Below are positions 53,151 to 63,032 of a stretch of DNA of 64,000 nt, in pieces. A program made the position numbers and the translations under genes. Source of the stretch: an uncultured candidate division Zixibacteria bacterium (lineage in GTDB: Bacteria > Zixibacteria > MSB-5A5 > UBA10806); assembly GCA_963817915.1 (NCBI GenBank), contig CAWFQL010000011.1, positions 1 through 64,000 on the forward strand, given 5' to 3'. Positions within the stretch are counted from its first letter, which is position 1, and every line of letters starts with the position of its first letter. Below the pieces are notes generated by a model, which did no database searches, was not told the DNA's origin, and worked only from the letters and a program-made list of their open reading frames with translations.

Positions 53151-55274
53151 ATGAAGAAGATTTGCTACTTGTTGATAATTTTATTGATTTTGAGTTTGGG
53201 TCTATCGATTAATTTCCCTGCTTACGCTCAGAATGTAGAATATGTCGGCTCGGCATTGTGGTCCAATGTCGACGATGTCAAAATTGTTGGAGATTATGCC
53301 TATTGTGTATTTGCAAATGGCTTAGTGGTCCTAAATATATCAGATCCGGCCTCGCCTTCATTTGTTAGCAAATTGTATCTACAAGGATTTGGATCAGCCA
53401 TTGATATCGTAGGCGATTACGCTTATATCTCCGATTTTTCATCCGGTTTACATGTAATAAATATCGCCGATCTTGGCAATCTTGTCTATGTCGGAAACTA
53501 TGTTACCCCATCCCATGCTCAGGATATCGATGTTTCAGGTAATTACGCATATATCGCGGATAGTTATAGTCTTCAGGTGGTTGACATATCAAACCCGGCT
53601 AATCCAGTTCACAGCGGCAGTTATAGCGATCCATATGATCAGATATTTGTGGTTTTTGTTCAGGGCAATTACGCGTATGTCGCGGGCGGGGGTTCAGGAA
53701 TTCAGGTGATAGATTTATCTGATCCAACCAATCCATATCTGGCCGCGAATACTTACCTGCCTGGCCAGGTTTATGGCATTTTCATCCAGGGGAATTATGC
53801 ATATACTGCCAATTATGATTCGGGTCTCTGGATAGTCGATATTTCCGATCCCCTAAATCCTTTTTCAATCGGCAACTGTGATGCACTGGTCGATGCACAT
53901 GGAGTTACGGTAGCTGGTAGTTATGCTTACGTAACGGATTATGATTCAGTTTTGGTAATAAATGTAGCAGACCCCGCCGATCCAACGCCTGTAGGTAGTT
54001 TTGAAACGCCAGGGTATGCTCAGAAGCTTGTTGTCGACGATAGCCGTATTTATGTGGCAGAGGGATATTCCGGCCTTCGAATATTAGATGTATCCAGTCC
54101 GGCGAATCCAGTTTTTGTCGGAATCTATGATACCCCGGGCCAAACTCGCGGAATTTTCGTTAGTGGCAATTATGCTTATGCAAATGATTATCATTTCGGT
54201 CTTAGGATATTAAATATAGCTGATCCGGCGAATCCAAATAGCGTGGGGAGCTACGACACGTTAAGATGGTCTGACGATGTTTTTGTTCAGGATGATTATG
54301 CCTATATGGCCGACTATGATTCAGGTTTTCAGGTGATTAATATTTCAGATCCAGCCAATCCAGTATTAGCCGGAAGCTGTGATTCATCTATTTCATGGGG
54401 GAATGTTTTTGTGCAGGGCAATTATGCCTATATGACAAATTCAAACTATGGATTTCAAATTGCCGATATTTCGAATCCCCTTAATCCCGTATTTGCCGGT
54501 GGCTTTGATACACCGGGTTATGCCCAGAAAGTATTTGTCCAAGATAATTATGCCTATGTGGCGGATATGGATTTAGGTTTGCAGATTATCGATATCTCCG
54601 ACCCATTCAACCCCGAATATGCCGGTAGCTATAATTTTCTTCCTTGGGCCTGGAGCGTTTCTGTCCATGAGAATTATGCGTTTGTTACAGATTATAATGC
54701 CGGTGTAGTGGTATTGGACGTCTCAAATCCACGGGATCCCATATATATCGGAAGCTGCGAATTTGCGGGTTCTCCCCGTGAAATTTATATCTCGGGTGAT
54801 TACGCTTATGTAACTGTAGATAATATGGGTATTCAAATTATAAATATATCAAACCCGGCAATACCTATTTATGTAGGAAGCTATAATACTTCAAGCTTTG
54901 CCGAGGGAATTTTTGTTCAGGGTGACTATATTTATTTGGCAGACAATTCTTCGCTTATGATTTTGCATTATGATAACCCGACAGGTGTTGACGAAAAAGA
55001 AAATATCCCGAATGAATTTTCCCTCTCCCAAAACTACCCCAATCCCTTCAACGCCCGGACAATGATTGAATACGACTTGCCAGTACAATCTGATGTCTCA
55101 ATCGATATTTTCGATATACTTGGTCGCAACGTAGAGAAGTTGGTGGAAGGTATGAAGTCCGCCGGAAATCATCAGGCAGTATGGGATGCAAGCGGTCAGG
55201 CATCAGGAATCTACTTCTATAGAATCAATGTCGGGGATAGGGTTGAGACGAAAAGGATGACGCTTTTGAAATAA
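53151..55274 (+). CDS. LVIVD-repeat secreted protein with T9SS sorting domain
   Basis: Signal peptide MKKICYLL; about 14 LVIVD repeats; SLSQNYPNPFN...KRMTLLK. Confidence 0.92.
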   Translation: MKKICYLLIILLILSLGLSINFPAYAQNVEYVGSALWSNVDDVKIVGDYAYCVFANGLVVLNISDPASPSFVSKLYLQGFGSAIDIVGDYAYISDFSSGLHVINIADLGNLVYVGNYVTPSHAQDIDVSGNYAYIADSYSLQVVDISNPANPVHSGSYSDPYDQIFVVFVQGNYAYVAGGGSGIQVIDLSDPTNPYLAANTYLPGQVYGIFIQGNYAYTANYDSGLWIVDISDPLNPFSIGNCDALVDAHGVTVAGSYAYVTDYDSVLVINVADPADPTPVGSFETPGYAQKLVVDDSRIYVAEGYSGLRILDVSSPANPVFVGIYDTPGQTRGIFVSGNYAYANDYHFGLRILNIADPANPNSVGSYDTLRWSDDVFVQDDYAYMADYDSGFQVINISDPANPVLAGSCDSSISWGNVFVQGNYAYMTNSNYGFQIADISNPLNPVFAGGFDTPGYAQKVFVQDNYAYVADMDLGLQIIDISDPFNPEYAGSYNFLPWAWSVSVHENYAFVTDYNAGVVVLDVSNPRDPIYIGSCEFAGSPREIYISGDYAYVTVDNMGIQIINISNPAIPIYVGSYNTSSFAEGIFVQGDYIYLADNSSLMILHYDNPTGVDEKENIPNEFSLSQNYPNPFNARTMIEYDLPVQSDVSIDIFDILGRNVEKLVEGMKSAGNHQAVWDASGQASGIYFYRINVGDRVETKRMTLLK

Positions 55275-55283
55275 TTCTATTCG

Positions 55284-55309
55284 GCGGTCGGGTCAGGCGA
55301 CCCGACCGC
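55284..55309. repeat. GTCGGG/CCCGAC palindrome (near-identical copy at 57200-57224)
   Basis: GCGGTCGGGTCAGGCGACCCGACCGC directly after the stop codon. Confidence 0.8.
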
Positions 55310-55458
55310 ACAAAGTAATCATTTGAAATAATAATCGTATAGCGACCGTCAAACAGCGATTGACTTTCAGAGCAAATTAATTATATTATTATTATTCAAA
55401 ATGGGGTAAGATTTATTTACCCTTCGAAATTTTGAAATTTCTCACAAGGAGAATTATC

Positions 55459-57192
55459 ATGAAATTTTATCGATTACATTTTTTGCTTCTATCCATACTC
55501 GCCCTTACCTGTATATTATTTGCCTCAGCGGCGATTGCACAATGGTCCACCAATCCGGCCGTTAATAACGCCATCTGCACCAATTATTATAATCAGAACC
55601 AAATTCAGATGGTAAGCGATGGAAGCGGAGGCGCGATTATCGCGTGGGTCGATTATCGAACTCAACCATTATATACGATTTTTGCTCAACGGATAAATAG
55701 CGGCGGAGTTATTCAGTGGACAGCCGATGGTGTTCAAGTTTCATCTTCGTCTGTAAATGATTTAAGGCCGTCAATCATAGCTGATGGCGGCGGCGGGGCG
55801 ATTATTACCTGGGTTTCCAATGGCGATTTCGGCAACTTGTATGCACAGCGAATAGATTCAATCGGAACGCAACTCTGGGCCGCAAATGGCGTCAGAGTAT
55901 GTTCTACGACTGTATCAAATCAATCAATCCCGTCATTAGTCAGCGATGGTTACGGAGGGGGCGTCATAGCGTGGAGCGACAGCAGGAATAACGGGGTTAC
56001 CGGTGGCGATGGTGTTTACGCCCAGCGTATTGATGCATCTGGTGCGATTCAATGGATCGTAAACGGCGTTGAAGTCGCGGATACTAACCTATATCAGGGC
56101 GCGTCTTTGCAGGCGGCAAGCGACGGGAACGGCGGCGCCATCATTGTGTGGGAGGACAACCGCGCAGTCACAATATCAGAATTATATACCCAGAAAATTA
56201 ATGGACTTGGTGTCACGCTGTGGGAGACCAATGGTGTTCTCATAAATTCAGTTACTGGAGGCAGTCTCTACCCTCAATTGATTGGTGACGCCGGCGGAGC
56301 TATCATTTGCTGGGTTGATAGACGTAATGGTAATACCGATTGGAATATATATGCCCAGAAAATCAGCGCCGGCGGTATTGTACAATGGACTACAAACGGC
56401 CTGGCCATCTGTCTGGCGGCCAGCAATCAGAATTCTCCAGTGCTGGCATCTGATGGAAATGGCGGCGCAATTATTACCTGGAACGAGCAGGGTACGGGCA
56501 TCCCAGATCCGAATATTTACGCGCAACGTGTAAATGCAGGCGGGACAGTTCAATGGGCGGCAAATGGCGTGGGCGTATGTTTGGCCACGGGCTTACAGGG
56601 TTTTCCTCAATTGACCTCTGCTGGAAATGGCGGCGCGGTTATTACATGGCAAGATTCCAGGACTAATAATACACCGGATATCTATGCGCAAAAAATAGAT
56701 TCCACTGGTGCATCTATATGGACTACCGATGGGGTTGCCGTTAGTACGGCTACTTTTGTTCAATCATTTCCTATTATCATTGATGATGGCACAAATGGAA
56801 TGATTGTCGCCTGGACCGATTATAGAAATGATTTGGGTAGCCAAAGAAATGATATTTATGCCCAGCGGGTAAGAGCTGATGGTTCACTCGGAGGCTTAAC
56901 TGGCATAGATGATGAGCATTCTCAGGTGACAACTTTCACTCTCAGCCCTAACTACCCCAACCCGTTCAACGCACAGACTATGATTCAATACTCTTTGCCG
57001 ATGCAATCAAATGTCTCAATCGACATTTTCGATATCCTTGGCCGCAAGATTGAAACACTTGTTGAAGGTGTAAAGCATGCTGGCAATCATCAGGCAATCT
57101 GGGATGCGAGCAACCAAGTATCGGGAATCTACTTCTATAGCATCAAAGCGGGGGATAGGATCGAGACGAAAAAGATGACGCTTTTGAAGTGA
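55459..57192 (+). CDS. Secreted repeat (beta-propeller) protein with T9SS sorting domain
   Basis: About 8 repeats of DG.GGAII.W.D.R...IYAQRI...G...W...GV; PNYPNPFN...KKMTLLK. Confidence 0.88.
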   Translation: MKFYRLHFLLLSILALTCILFASAAIAQWSTNPAVNNAICTNYYNQNQIQMVSDGSGGAIIAWVDYRTQPLYTIFAQRINSGGVIQWTADGVQVSSSSVNDLRPSIIADGGGGAIITWVSNGDFGNLYAQRIDSIGTQLWAANGVRVCSTTVSNQSIPSLVSDGYGGGVIAWSDSRNNGVTGGDGVYAQRIDASGAIQWIVNGVEVADTNLYQGASLQAASDGNGGAIIVWEDNRAVTISELYTQKINGLGVTLWETNGVLINSVTGGSLYPQLIGDAGGAIICWVDRRNGNTDWNIYAQKISAGGIVQWTTNGLAICLAASNQNSPVLASDGNGGAIITWNEQGTGIPDPNIYAQRVNAGGTVQWAANGVGVCLATGLQGFPQLTSAGNGGAVITWQDSRTNNTPDIYAQKIDSTGASIWTTDGVAVSTATFVQSFPIIIDDGTNGMIVAWTDYRNDLGSQRNDIYAQRVRADGSLGGLTGIDDEHSQVTTFTLSPNYPNPFNAQTMIQYSLPMQSNVSIDIFDILGRKIETLVEGVKHAGNHQAIWDASNQVSGIYFYSIKAGDRIETKKMTLLK

Positions 57193-57286
57193 TTGTTTTC
57201 GGTCGGGTCAGGTGACCCGACCGCACTGATGGATGTGGTTGGTGTGGAGCGTGATTCGTCGGAAATAATTTTTAAAGGATAATGGG

Positions 57287-58216
57287 CTAATTCGCGAATT
57301 CTGGAATCGGATTTCCCGAATATATTTTGCCCCAGGACGGTACGGCCTCGGGTGAGAATGAATGAATTTCTATTTTTACTCCTGCTTTTGAAATATCTAT
57401 AAGATTGATCGAAATTAAGCCGGAATTAAAACCATCAACCGATCCGCCGGCATTGCTGAAGAATATCCCATTTTTCCTGTATTCGGCTGATTCGTGAATG
57501 TGACCGTGAAGTACCAGTTCAATTTTATGCTTTTTGAAGAATTCCAAAAGCCTGGCCTTTCCATGGAGTTTGAGCGTCTCCCATTCGAGGCGGCGAAGGC
57601 CTAACGGATGGAAATTGGTATTCAGGTTAGTGAATTCACAAAAATGATGGTGCATCATAATTATTTTATTTTTATCGCGAATTTCGGCCAGTTTTAGAAA
57701 ACAATCGATTTCACTAATTTGCCGATTGGAAACATGGCCGTTCGAGGCAAGGGGATTTTGAAAAAGAGAATAATCCTTTACGGAATTGATACCTATAAGA
57801 ACAGAATCTCCGATGATTTTCGCGAATGGGAATATCGATTTATCGTTAAGTCTATAGATATTCTCGAATGCCTCTGGAAAATAATCCACAAACTCATTTA
57901 TCCGTCGGACATAATTGTTTCTTAACGATTTACCGGGAAATGATATTGCTTCATTTAATGTGTGGATTCCGCCGTGAATTTCATGATTGCCAATAGTCAG
58001 CGATAATTTTCCGGAATCAAGAATCCCTAAATTCTGAAAGATGTCCCTTGCGATATTGAAATCTCCGCGATTGGGGTTATGGACCATATCACCCGTAATG
58101 ACCAAATGGTCAAAACCCATTTCGAGTGCGAAATTCAGAGCCATTTCCGTAAGTCGAATATTGCTGCGTCCTTTAAGCCTGCAGATGTGCAGATCTGAAA
58201 GATGGACTATTCTCAT
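57287..58216 (-). CDS. Metallophosphoesterase (CpdA/Icc-like)
   Basis: HLSDLH, ITGD, GNHE, MHHH, LHGHIH. Confidence 0.9.
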   Translation of the reverse strand: MRIVHLSDLHICRLKGRSNIRLTEMALNFALEMGFDHLVITGDMVHNPNRGDFNIARDIFQNLGILDSGKLSLTIGNHEIHGGIHTLNEAISFPGKSLRNNYVRRINEFVDYFPEAFENIYRLNDKSIFPFAKIIGDSVLIGINSVKDYSLFQNPLASNGHVSNRQISEIDCFLKLAEIRDKNKIIMMHHHFCEFTNLNTNFHPLGLRRLEWETLKLHGKARLLEFFKKHKIELVLHGHIHESAEYRKNGIFFSNAGGSVDGFNSGLISINLIDISKAGVKIEIHSFSPEAVPSWGKIYSGNPIPEFAN

Positions 58217-58500
58217 TAATTTGCAATTCCTTCTAACATTTACTTTTCTTCAGCAGTATTTTGTCTATTAGGCGAAATATTTCTTTATCTATACTTTGTT
58301 TTCATTTCTGAATATATTAACGTAATTATTGTTATCGTTGAGTTAGCCCGGCATGAAATAATCATTAGATTGTTTTACGGCCATTTCTGAGGCGTCGGAA
58401 ACCAGCTAATTGATTTTTAGCACATGCATAATTCAGGCTTAATAGCAGGAATTTATAATACCCGCACATATCAAACTTCAAAGCCTCGACCCTCCAATAT

Positions 58501-58535
58501 AGGACCCTGCCAACCCTCCAGGCAGGGTTCTTTTT
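58501..58535 (+). terminator. Orphan plus-strand terminator hairpin
   Basis: AGGACCCTGCC-aaccctcca-GGCAGGGTTCT followed by TTTT; flanking genes are on the minus strand. Confidence 0.65.
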
Positions 58536-58692
58536 GGTTTTTTTGGAGAATTAGAACCGATATAATAGAGTTTTAAAGCAATGAAATATGTTAATAATTT
58601 ATTCAATTAATTAATTATTTTTATCCGCCCACGTTTTAATGGGCCGGATTAGCCACCTTTGGCAAGAGAATTATAATTTAGCTTCTCTGATC

Positions 58693-58809
58693 CTAAAGGC
58701 GACTCAATCCGGAAATGAGCGCACTGAGAAATAGAATGCAAATTATAAAAAACAAATTCGGAGCCACATTGGACCAAAGCTCCCGCAAATCATCTTGATA
58801 GTTGAGCAT
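58693..58809 (-). CDS. 38-aa single-TM small protein
   Basis: RBS GGAGG; MLNYQDDLRELWSNVAPNLFFIICILFLSALISGLSRL*. Confidence 0.55.
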   Translation of the reverse strand: MLNYQDDLRELWSNVAPNLFFIICILFLSALISGLSRL

Positions 58810-58852
58810 ATAAGATTCCTCCGTTGAAATAATGCAAAGTCTCATTGTTCTG

Positions 58853-59029
58853 CTATTCGCCCCGCAAAATAGTTGGAGCATTCAAATTTATCATTGCAAA
58901 CCTGCCCTGCAGAATTTGATTGGCAACATGAATAAACTTGTCATCCCTTAGTTTTTGCAAATCGAGCCGATGCCATAAATCTTTCTCTTCTTTTAAAGAG
59001 TTCTTTGATTCTCTTTTTCTTTTGATCAT
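58853..59029 (-). CDS. 58-aa hypothetical small protein (not in ORF track)
   Basis: RBS AAGGAGG; MIKRKRESKNSLKEEKDLWHRLDLQKLRDDKFIHVANQILQGRFAMINLNAPTILRGE*. Confidence 0.55.
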   Translation of the reverse strand: MIKRKRESKNSLKEEKDLWHRLDLQKLRDDKFIHVANQILQGRFAMINLNAPTILRGE

Positions 59030-59206
59030 TTATTTCCTCCTTATATCAACTGAGAAAATGAACCACATTGAGATTAGTATTTTATAGGAATTATATTCAT
59101 TTATTATAAAAATTAAGACGCTTGGAAATTCAGATTATGGCGGGGTTTCGATAATATTTGAATGTGATCGATCTTGAGTTTCGATTTGAACAGCGCTGAA
59201 ATTGAA

Positions 59207-59926
59207 TTATTTCTCTTCGGAAGATGCCCGGTCCCAGAAGCGATATCCAATACCGCGAACAGTCTCGATAAATTTTCCGTATTCACCTAATTTCCTTCGG
59301 AGATTTACTATTTGCACATCGACCGCCCTGTCTGTTACGGAGTAATCATCACCGTTAAGGGCATTGATTATCTGGTAACGAGTGAACACCCAGCCAGGCT
59401 TACTAGCCAGTTGGTATAGCAATTGAAATTCTGTGAGAGTGAGATCGACTGTCTTACCCTTGATTTTGACTTCGTGGCGTCCGGGATGAATCGTCATCTC
59501 GTATGCGTTAATAGGCCGTCCGGTAGTAATTTCCGGCAGAGATTTGCGGCGAAAAACAGCTCTTACTCGCGCGATCAGGACTTTGGGGCTGAACGGCTTG
59601 ATTATATAATCTTCAGCGCCAAGGTCAAGTCCGGCTACTATATCGGCATCCTCTACCTTAGCCGAAACCATAATTATTGGCAGCTGGTGTAAGGCTGGAT
59701 CCCTCTTAATTAGCCTGCAAACTTCGAGTCCATTGAGGCCGGGCAACATAATGTCAAGGAGACAGAGATCAAATGATCCTGAATTTGCCATTTGCATGCC
59801 TGCTTCTCCTGTCGGCGCGCATTCTACTTGAAATCGCTCTTTTATCAGGTTGTACCTTATTAACTCCATAATGTTAATATCGTCTTCAATCACAAGGATT
59901 TTTTCACCAGGCATAGATGGCTCCAT
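59207..59926 (-). CDS. OmpR/PhoB-family response regulator (PhoB-like)
   Basis: ILVIEDD, LLDIMLPG, GAEDYIIKPFSPK, wHTH with DRAVDVQIVNLRRKL..IETVRGIGY. Confidence 0.92.
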   Translation of the reverse strand: MEPSMPGEKILVIEDDINIMELIRYNLIKERFQVECAPTGEAGMQMANSGSFDLCLLDIMLPGLNGLEVCRLIKRDPALHQLPIIMVSAKVEDADIVAGLDLGAEDYIIKPFSPKVLIARVRAVFRRKSLPEITTGRPINAYEMTIHPGRHEVKIKGKTVDLTLTEFQLLYQLASKPGWVFTRYQIINALNGDDYSVTDRAVDVQIVNLRRKLGEYGKFIETVRGIGYRFWDRASSEEK

Positions 59927-59960
59927 TTGTTTTCATCCCAACTTAATAACAACTTGATAA

Positions 59961-59999
59961 GTTAAAAGCTTATCAAGCTTGGGTTAGGAAGTTGTTAGG
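59961..59999 (-). promoter_or_regulatory. Pho-box-like 11-bp direct repeats upstream of the regulator
   Basis: Minus strand CCTAAC, CCTAAC, CTTGAT, TTTAAC at an exact 11-bp period (59994, 59983, 59972, 59961). Confidence 0.5.
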
Positions 60000-60146
60000 C
60001 TGCAACATCATCCCTTCATTTATGCAAAAATGTCCCATTCGAATAGCATAAATTGAATTGGCGGCCTGCGGCGGACCCGACAGCGCATTTCTCCAAGCCT
60101 ATTTTCCCTTTACTCTTAAAAGCAACTGTGTTAATTTCATTCCGCT

Positions 60147-61314
60147 ATGCGAGCATTTGTCTTGATACTCGATTCATGCGGCGTTGGTGAGCTACCCGAC
60201 GCTAATCTATATGGCGATATCGGCTCGAACACATTGGCCAACGTTGCCAAGGCTGTCGGACGGGCTCAAGCTCCCGAATATGCGCGATCTCGGTTTCGGA
60301 AATATTATCGATATAGCCGGCGTTTCGCCAGTCAGCGAACCGTTGATGTCATTCGGCAAAATGATAGAAAAATCGGCGGGCAAAGATTCGACTACCGGTC
60401 ACTGGGAGCATTTCGGCCTGATTACGGAGAAACCATTTCCGACCTACCCGCAGGGCTTCCCACCCGATGTCATCAGGGAATTTGAGCAGAAAACCGGCCG
60501 AAAGGTTATCGGCAATAAAGCGGCATCGGGGACCGAGATTATTAAGGAGCTTGGCGCGGAGCATCTGCAGACCGGAGCGTTAATAGTTTATACTTCGGCG
60601 GACTCGGTTTTTCAGATTGCGGCGCATCGGAAGATTGTCTCGGTAGAGGAGCTATATCGCTATTGCCGTATCGCGCGTGAGATGCTGAGTGGGGAGCATG
60701 GTGTCTCACGAGTTATAGCACGGCCGTTCGATGGCCTACCGGGCGAATTCTATCGCACCGATGAACGTCATGATTTTTCGTTGACTCCTACGACAGAAAC
60801 GGGCCTGAATATACTTTCGGGCGCGGGATTCGAGGTTATCAGCATAGGTAAGATCAATGATTTATTCAACGGCTACGGCGTAACCGAATCATCCCCGACA
60901 AAATCCAACGCCGACGGTATCGATACGCTTGTCGAAGCCATGGAGTCTCGTTTCAATGGGCTCGTTTATATCAATCTTGTCGATTTCGATATGCTCTGGG
61001 GTCATCGCAATGATATCAAGGGATTCGCCGCGGGGTTGGAATATTTCGATAGCCGTCTGAATGAGATATTATCAAAATTGATTCCCGGCGATCTATTCAT
61101 GATTTCAGCCGACCATGGATGTGACCCTACCACACCATCGACCGATCATTCCCGTGAATATGTGCCGATATTGGCGCGAATCGCGGCCTCGGATAAACAT
61201 CAATCATCTAATTTAGGTATACGCGAATCATTCGCCGATCTCGGCGCGACTGTACTGGACTACTTTAGCTTGAAACAACCGACCGGAAAAAGCTTTCTAG
61301 GAGACTTGAAATGA
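60147..61314 (+). CDS. deoB: Phosphopentomutase (frameshift ~60262)
   Basis: [67 protein letters not shown]. Confidence 0.96.
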
Positions 61315-61706
61315 TCGAATGGGAAAAACTAATTGCCGCCGCTCGCGAAGTCAGAAAAAACGCCTACGCCAAATTTTCGGGTTTCGAGGTTGGCGCGGCG
61401 ATTCTTACGGATGATGGTAAAATCATAACCGGCTGCAATGTCGAAAACTCGTCGTTCGGACTCACGATCTGTGCCGAACGGACCGCGGTGTTCAAAGCTG
61501 TTTCCGAGGGTGAAAAGAAATTCAAGGCAATAGTAGTGGCATCGGGATCGAATCCGCCTGCCAGGCCTTGCGGAGCCTGCCGCCAGGTGCTGTATGAATT
61601 CAATCCTGATATGAAGATTCTCTGTGTTAATAGTAACAACGAAAAAGATAATTTTGTGCTTTCCGACCTATTGCCCGAAGGCTTCAGGCTGCGCAAGCCG
61701 GAATAA
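61311..61706 (+). CDS. cdd: Cytidine deaminase
   Basis: GCNVENSS, CAERTA, PCGACRQ. Confidence 0.96.
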   Translation: MIEWEKLIAAAREVRKNAYAKFSGFEVGAAILTDDGKIITGCNVENSSFGLTICAERTAVFKAVSEGEKKFKAIVVASGSNPPARPCGACRQVLYEFNPDMKILCVNSNNEKDNFVLSDLLPEGFRLRKPE

Positions 61707-61711
61707 TAATT

Positions 61712-63016
61712 ATGAATGCAGTCGAGATAATCGCTAAAAAACGCGATGGTGTGAAGCTGTCGCGGGCTGAGATTGCTTTCTTTATTAATTCATATCTGAA
61801 GAACGATATAAAAGATTATCAGATGGCCGCTCTCCTTATGGCTACCTATCTCAAGGGAATGGATTTCGAAGAAACGGGTTGGCTGACTGATGTCATGCTC
61901 AATACAGGGGATATCGTAAAATTTCCAAAGCCTGATAGGATCTATGTTGATAAACATTCCACCGGTGGCGTGGGGGATAAGGTATCGTTAATCTTGGCCC
62001 CGTGGGTGGCGGCTTGTGGTGTGAAAGTGCCGATGCTTTCAGGGCGCGGGCTTGGGCATACCGGCGGGACATTGGATAAGTTGGAATCGATTCCCGGATA
62101 CCGCACTAATTTGTCGTTGGATGAATTCAAGAAGGGTGTCGAGAAAATCGGATGTATTATTTCAGGCCAGACACCTGAGATTGCCCCGGCTGACAAGGCG
62201 ATGTATGCTTTGCGAGATGTCACTTCCACGGTCGAATCGATACCCTTGATCTGCGGCAGTATTCTTTCGAAGAAATTCGCGGCGGGGCCGAGCGGATTGG
62301 TATTCGATGTCAAATGCGGCAATGGCGCCTTCATGAAGGATATCAAATCGGCCGATCAACTGGCGCGCAACCTTATCGGTGTCTGCAAGGCGATGGGGAA
62401 GAATGTTAAGGCGCTGATAACCGATATGAATCAGCCATTGGGGAGGACCGCCGGGAATTTGTTGGAGGTTGTCGAGACGGTCGAAATCCTCAATGGCGAT
62501 TATCAGGATGATATCTTCAATGTCACTTTGGATTTGGCAGTAGAAATGCTGATAATGTCGGAAGTCGAAACCAACCGTGAAAAGGCGATACAGCTTTTGA
62601 AAAAGAAATTCGCCGATGGGTCCGCATTCGAGAAATTCGAAGAGATGGTTTATTATCAGGGCGGGGACTTGGCGATTTTCAAGAATAAATCCAAGACTCC
62701 CCATGCGGCAATCGTAAAAGACATAAAAGCCATAAAGAGCGGTTACATTATCGGATTCGATACTATGGGGATAGGCCGATTGATAGTCGATATGGGCGGC
62801 GGACGGAAAACTAAGGACGACAAAATCGATCCGCTGGTTGGAATCGAATTCCCATTGAAGATCGGCGACAAAGTAAACGTCGGCGATGTGATTGCCAGAT
62901 TGCATGCCAGAGATGAAAATCAATTCGAGACAGCCGCGGCGCGTTTGAATGAATATATATCAATAACCGATACGAAAATAAATCCGCCGGAGTTGATAAA
63001 GAGGACGATAGCTTGA
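61712..63016 (+). CDS. pdp: Pyrimidine-nucleoside/thymidine phosphorylase
   Basis: DKHSTGGVGDK, SGRGLGHTGGTLDKLESIPG, YALRDVT. Confidence 0.95.
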   Translation: MNAVEIIAKKRDGVKLSRAEIAFFINSYLKNDIKDYQMAALLMATYLKGMDFEETGWLTDVMLNTGDIVKFPKPDRIYVDKHSTGGVGDKVSLILAPWVAACGVKVPMLSGRGLGHTGGTLDKLESIPGYRTNLSLDEFKKGVEKIGCIISGQTPEIAPADKAMYALRDVTSTVESIPLICGSILSKKFAAGPSGLVFDVKCGNGAFMKDIKSADQLARNLIGVCKAMGKNVKALITDMNQPLGRTAGNLLEVVETVEILNGDYQDDIFNVTLDLAVEMLIMSEVETNREKAIQLLKKKFADGSAFEKFEEMVYYQGGDLAIFKNKSKTPHAAIVKDIKAIKSGYIIGFDTMGIGRLIVDMGGGRKTKDDKIDPLVGIEFPLKIGDKVNVGDVIARLHARDENQFETAAARLNEYISITDTKINPPELIKRTIA

Positions 63017-63032
63017 CGGGATAACCGCCTTG

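Noticed and set aside
53151..55274. Diversity-generating retroelement target/template among LVIVD paralogs
   Set aside because: No reverse transcriptase in the window and differences between the similar 3' ends are not adenine-specific.
62162..62923. 253-aa antisense ORF (and similar shadows at 6271-6882, 35340-35930, 36000-36629)
   Set aside because: They fully overlap well-supported genes on the opposite strand and show no recognisable motifs.
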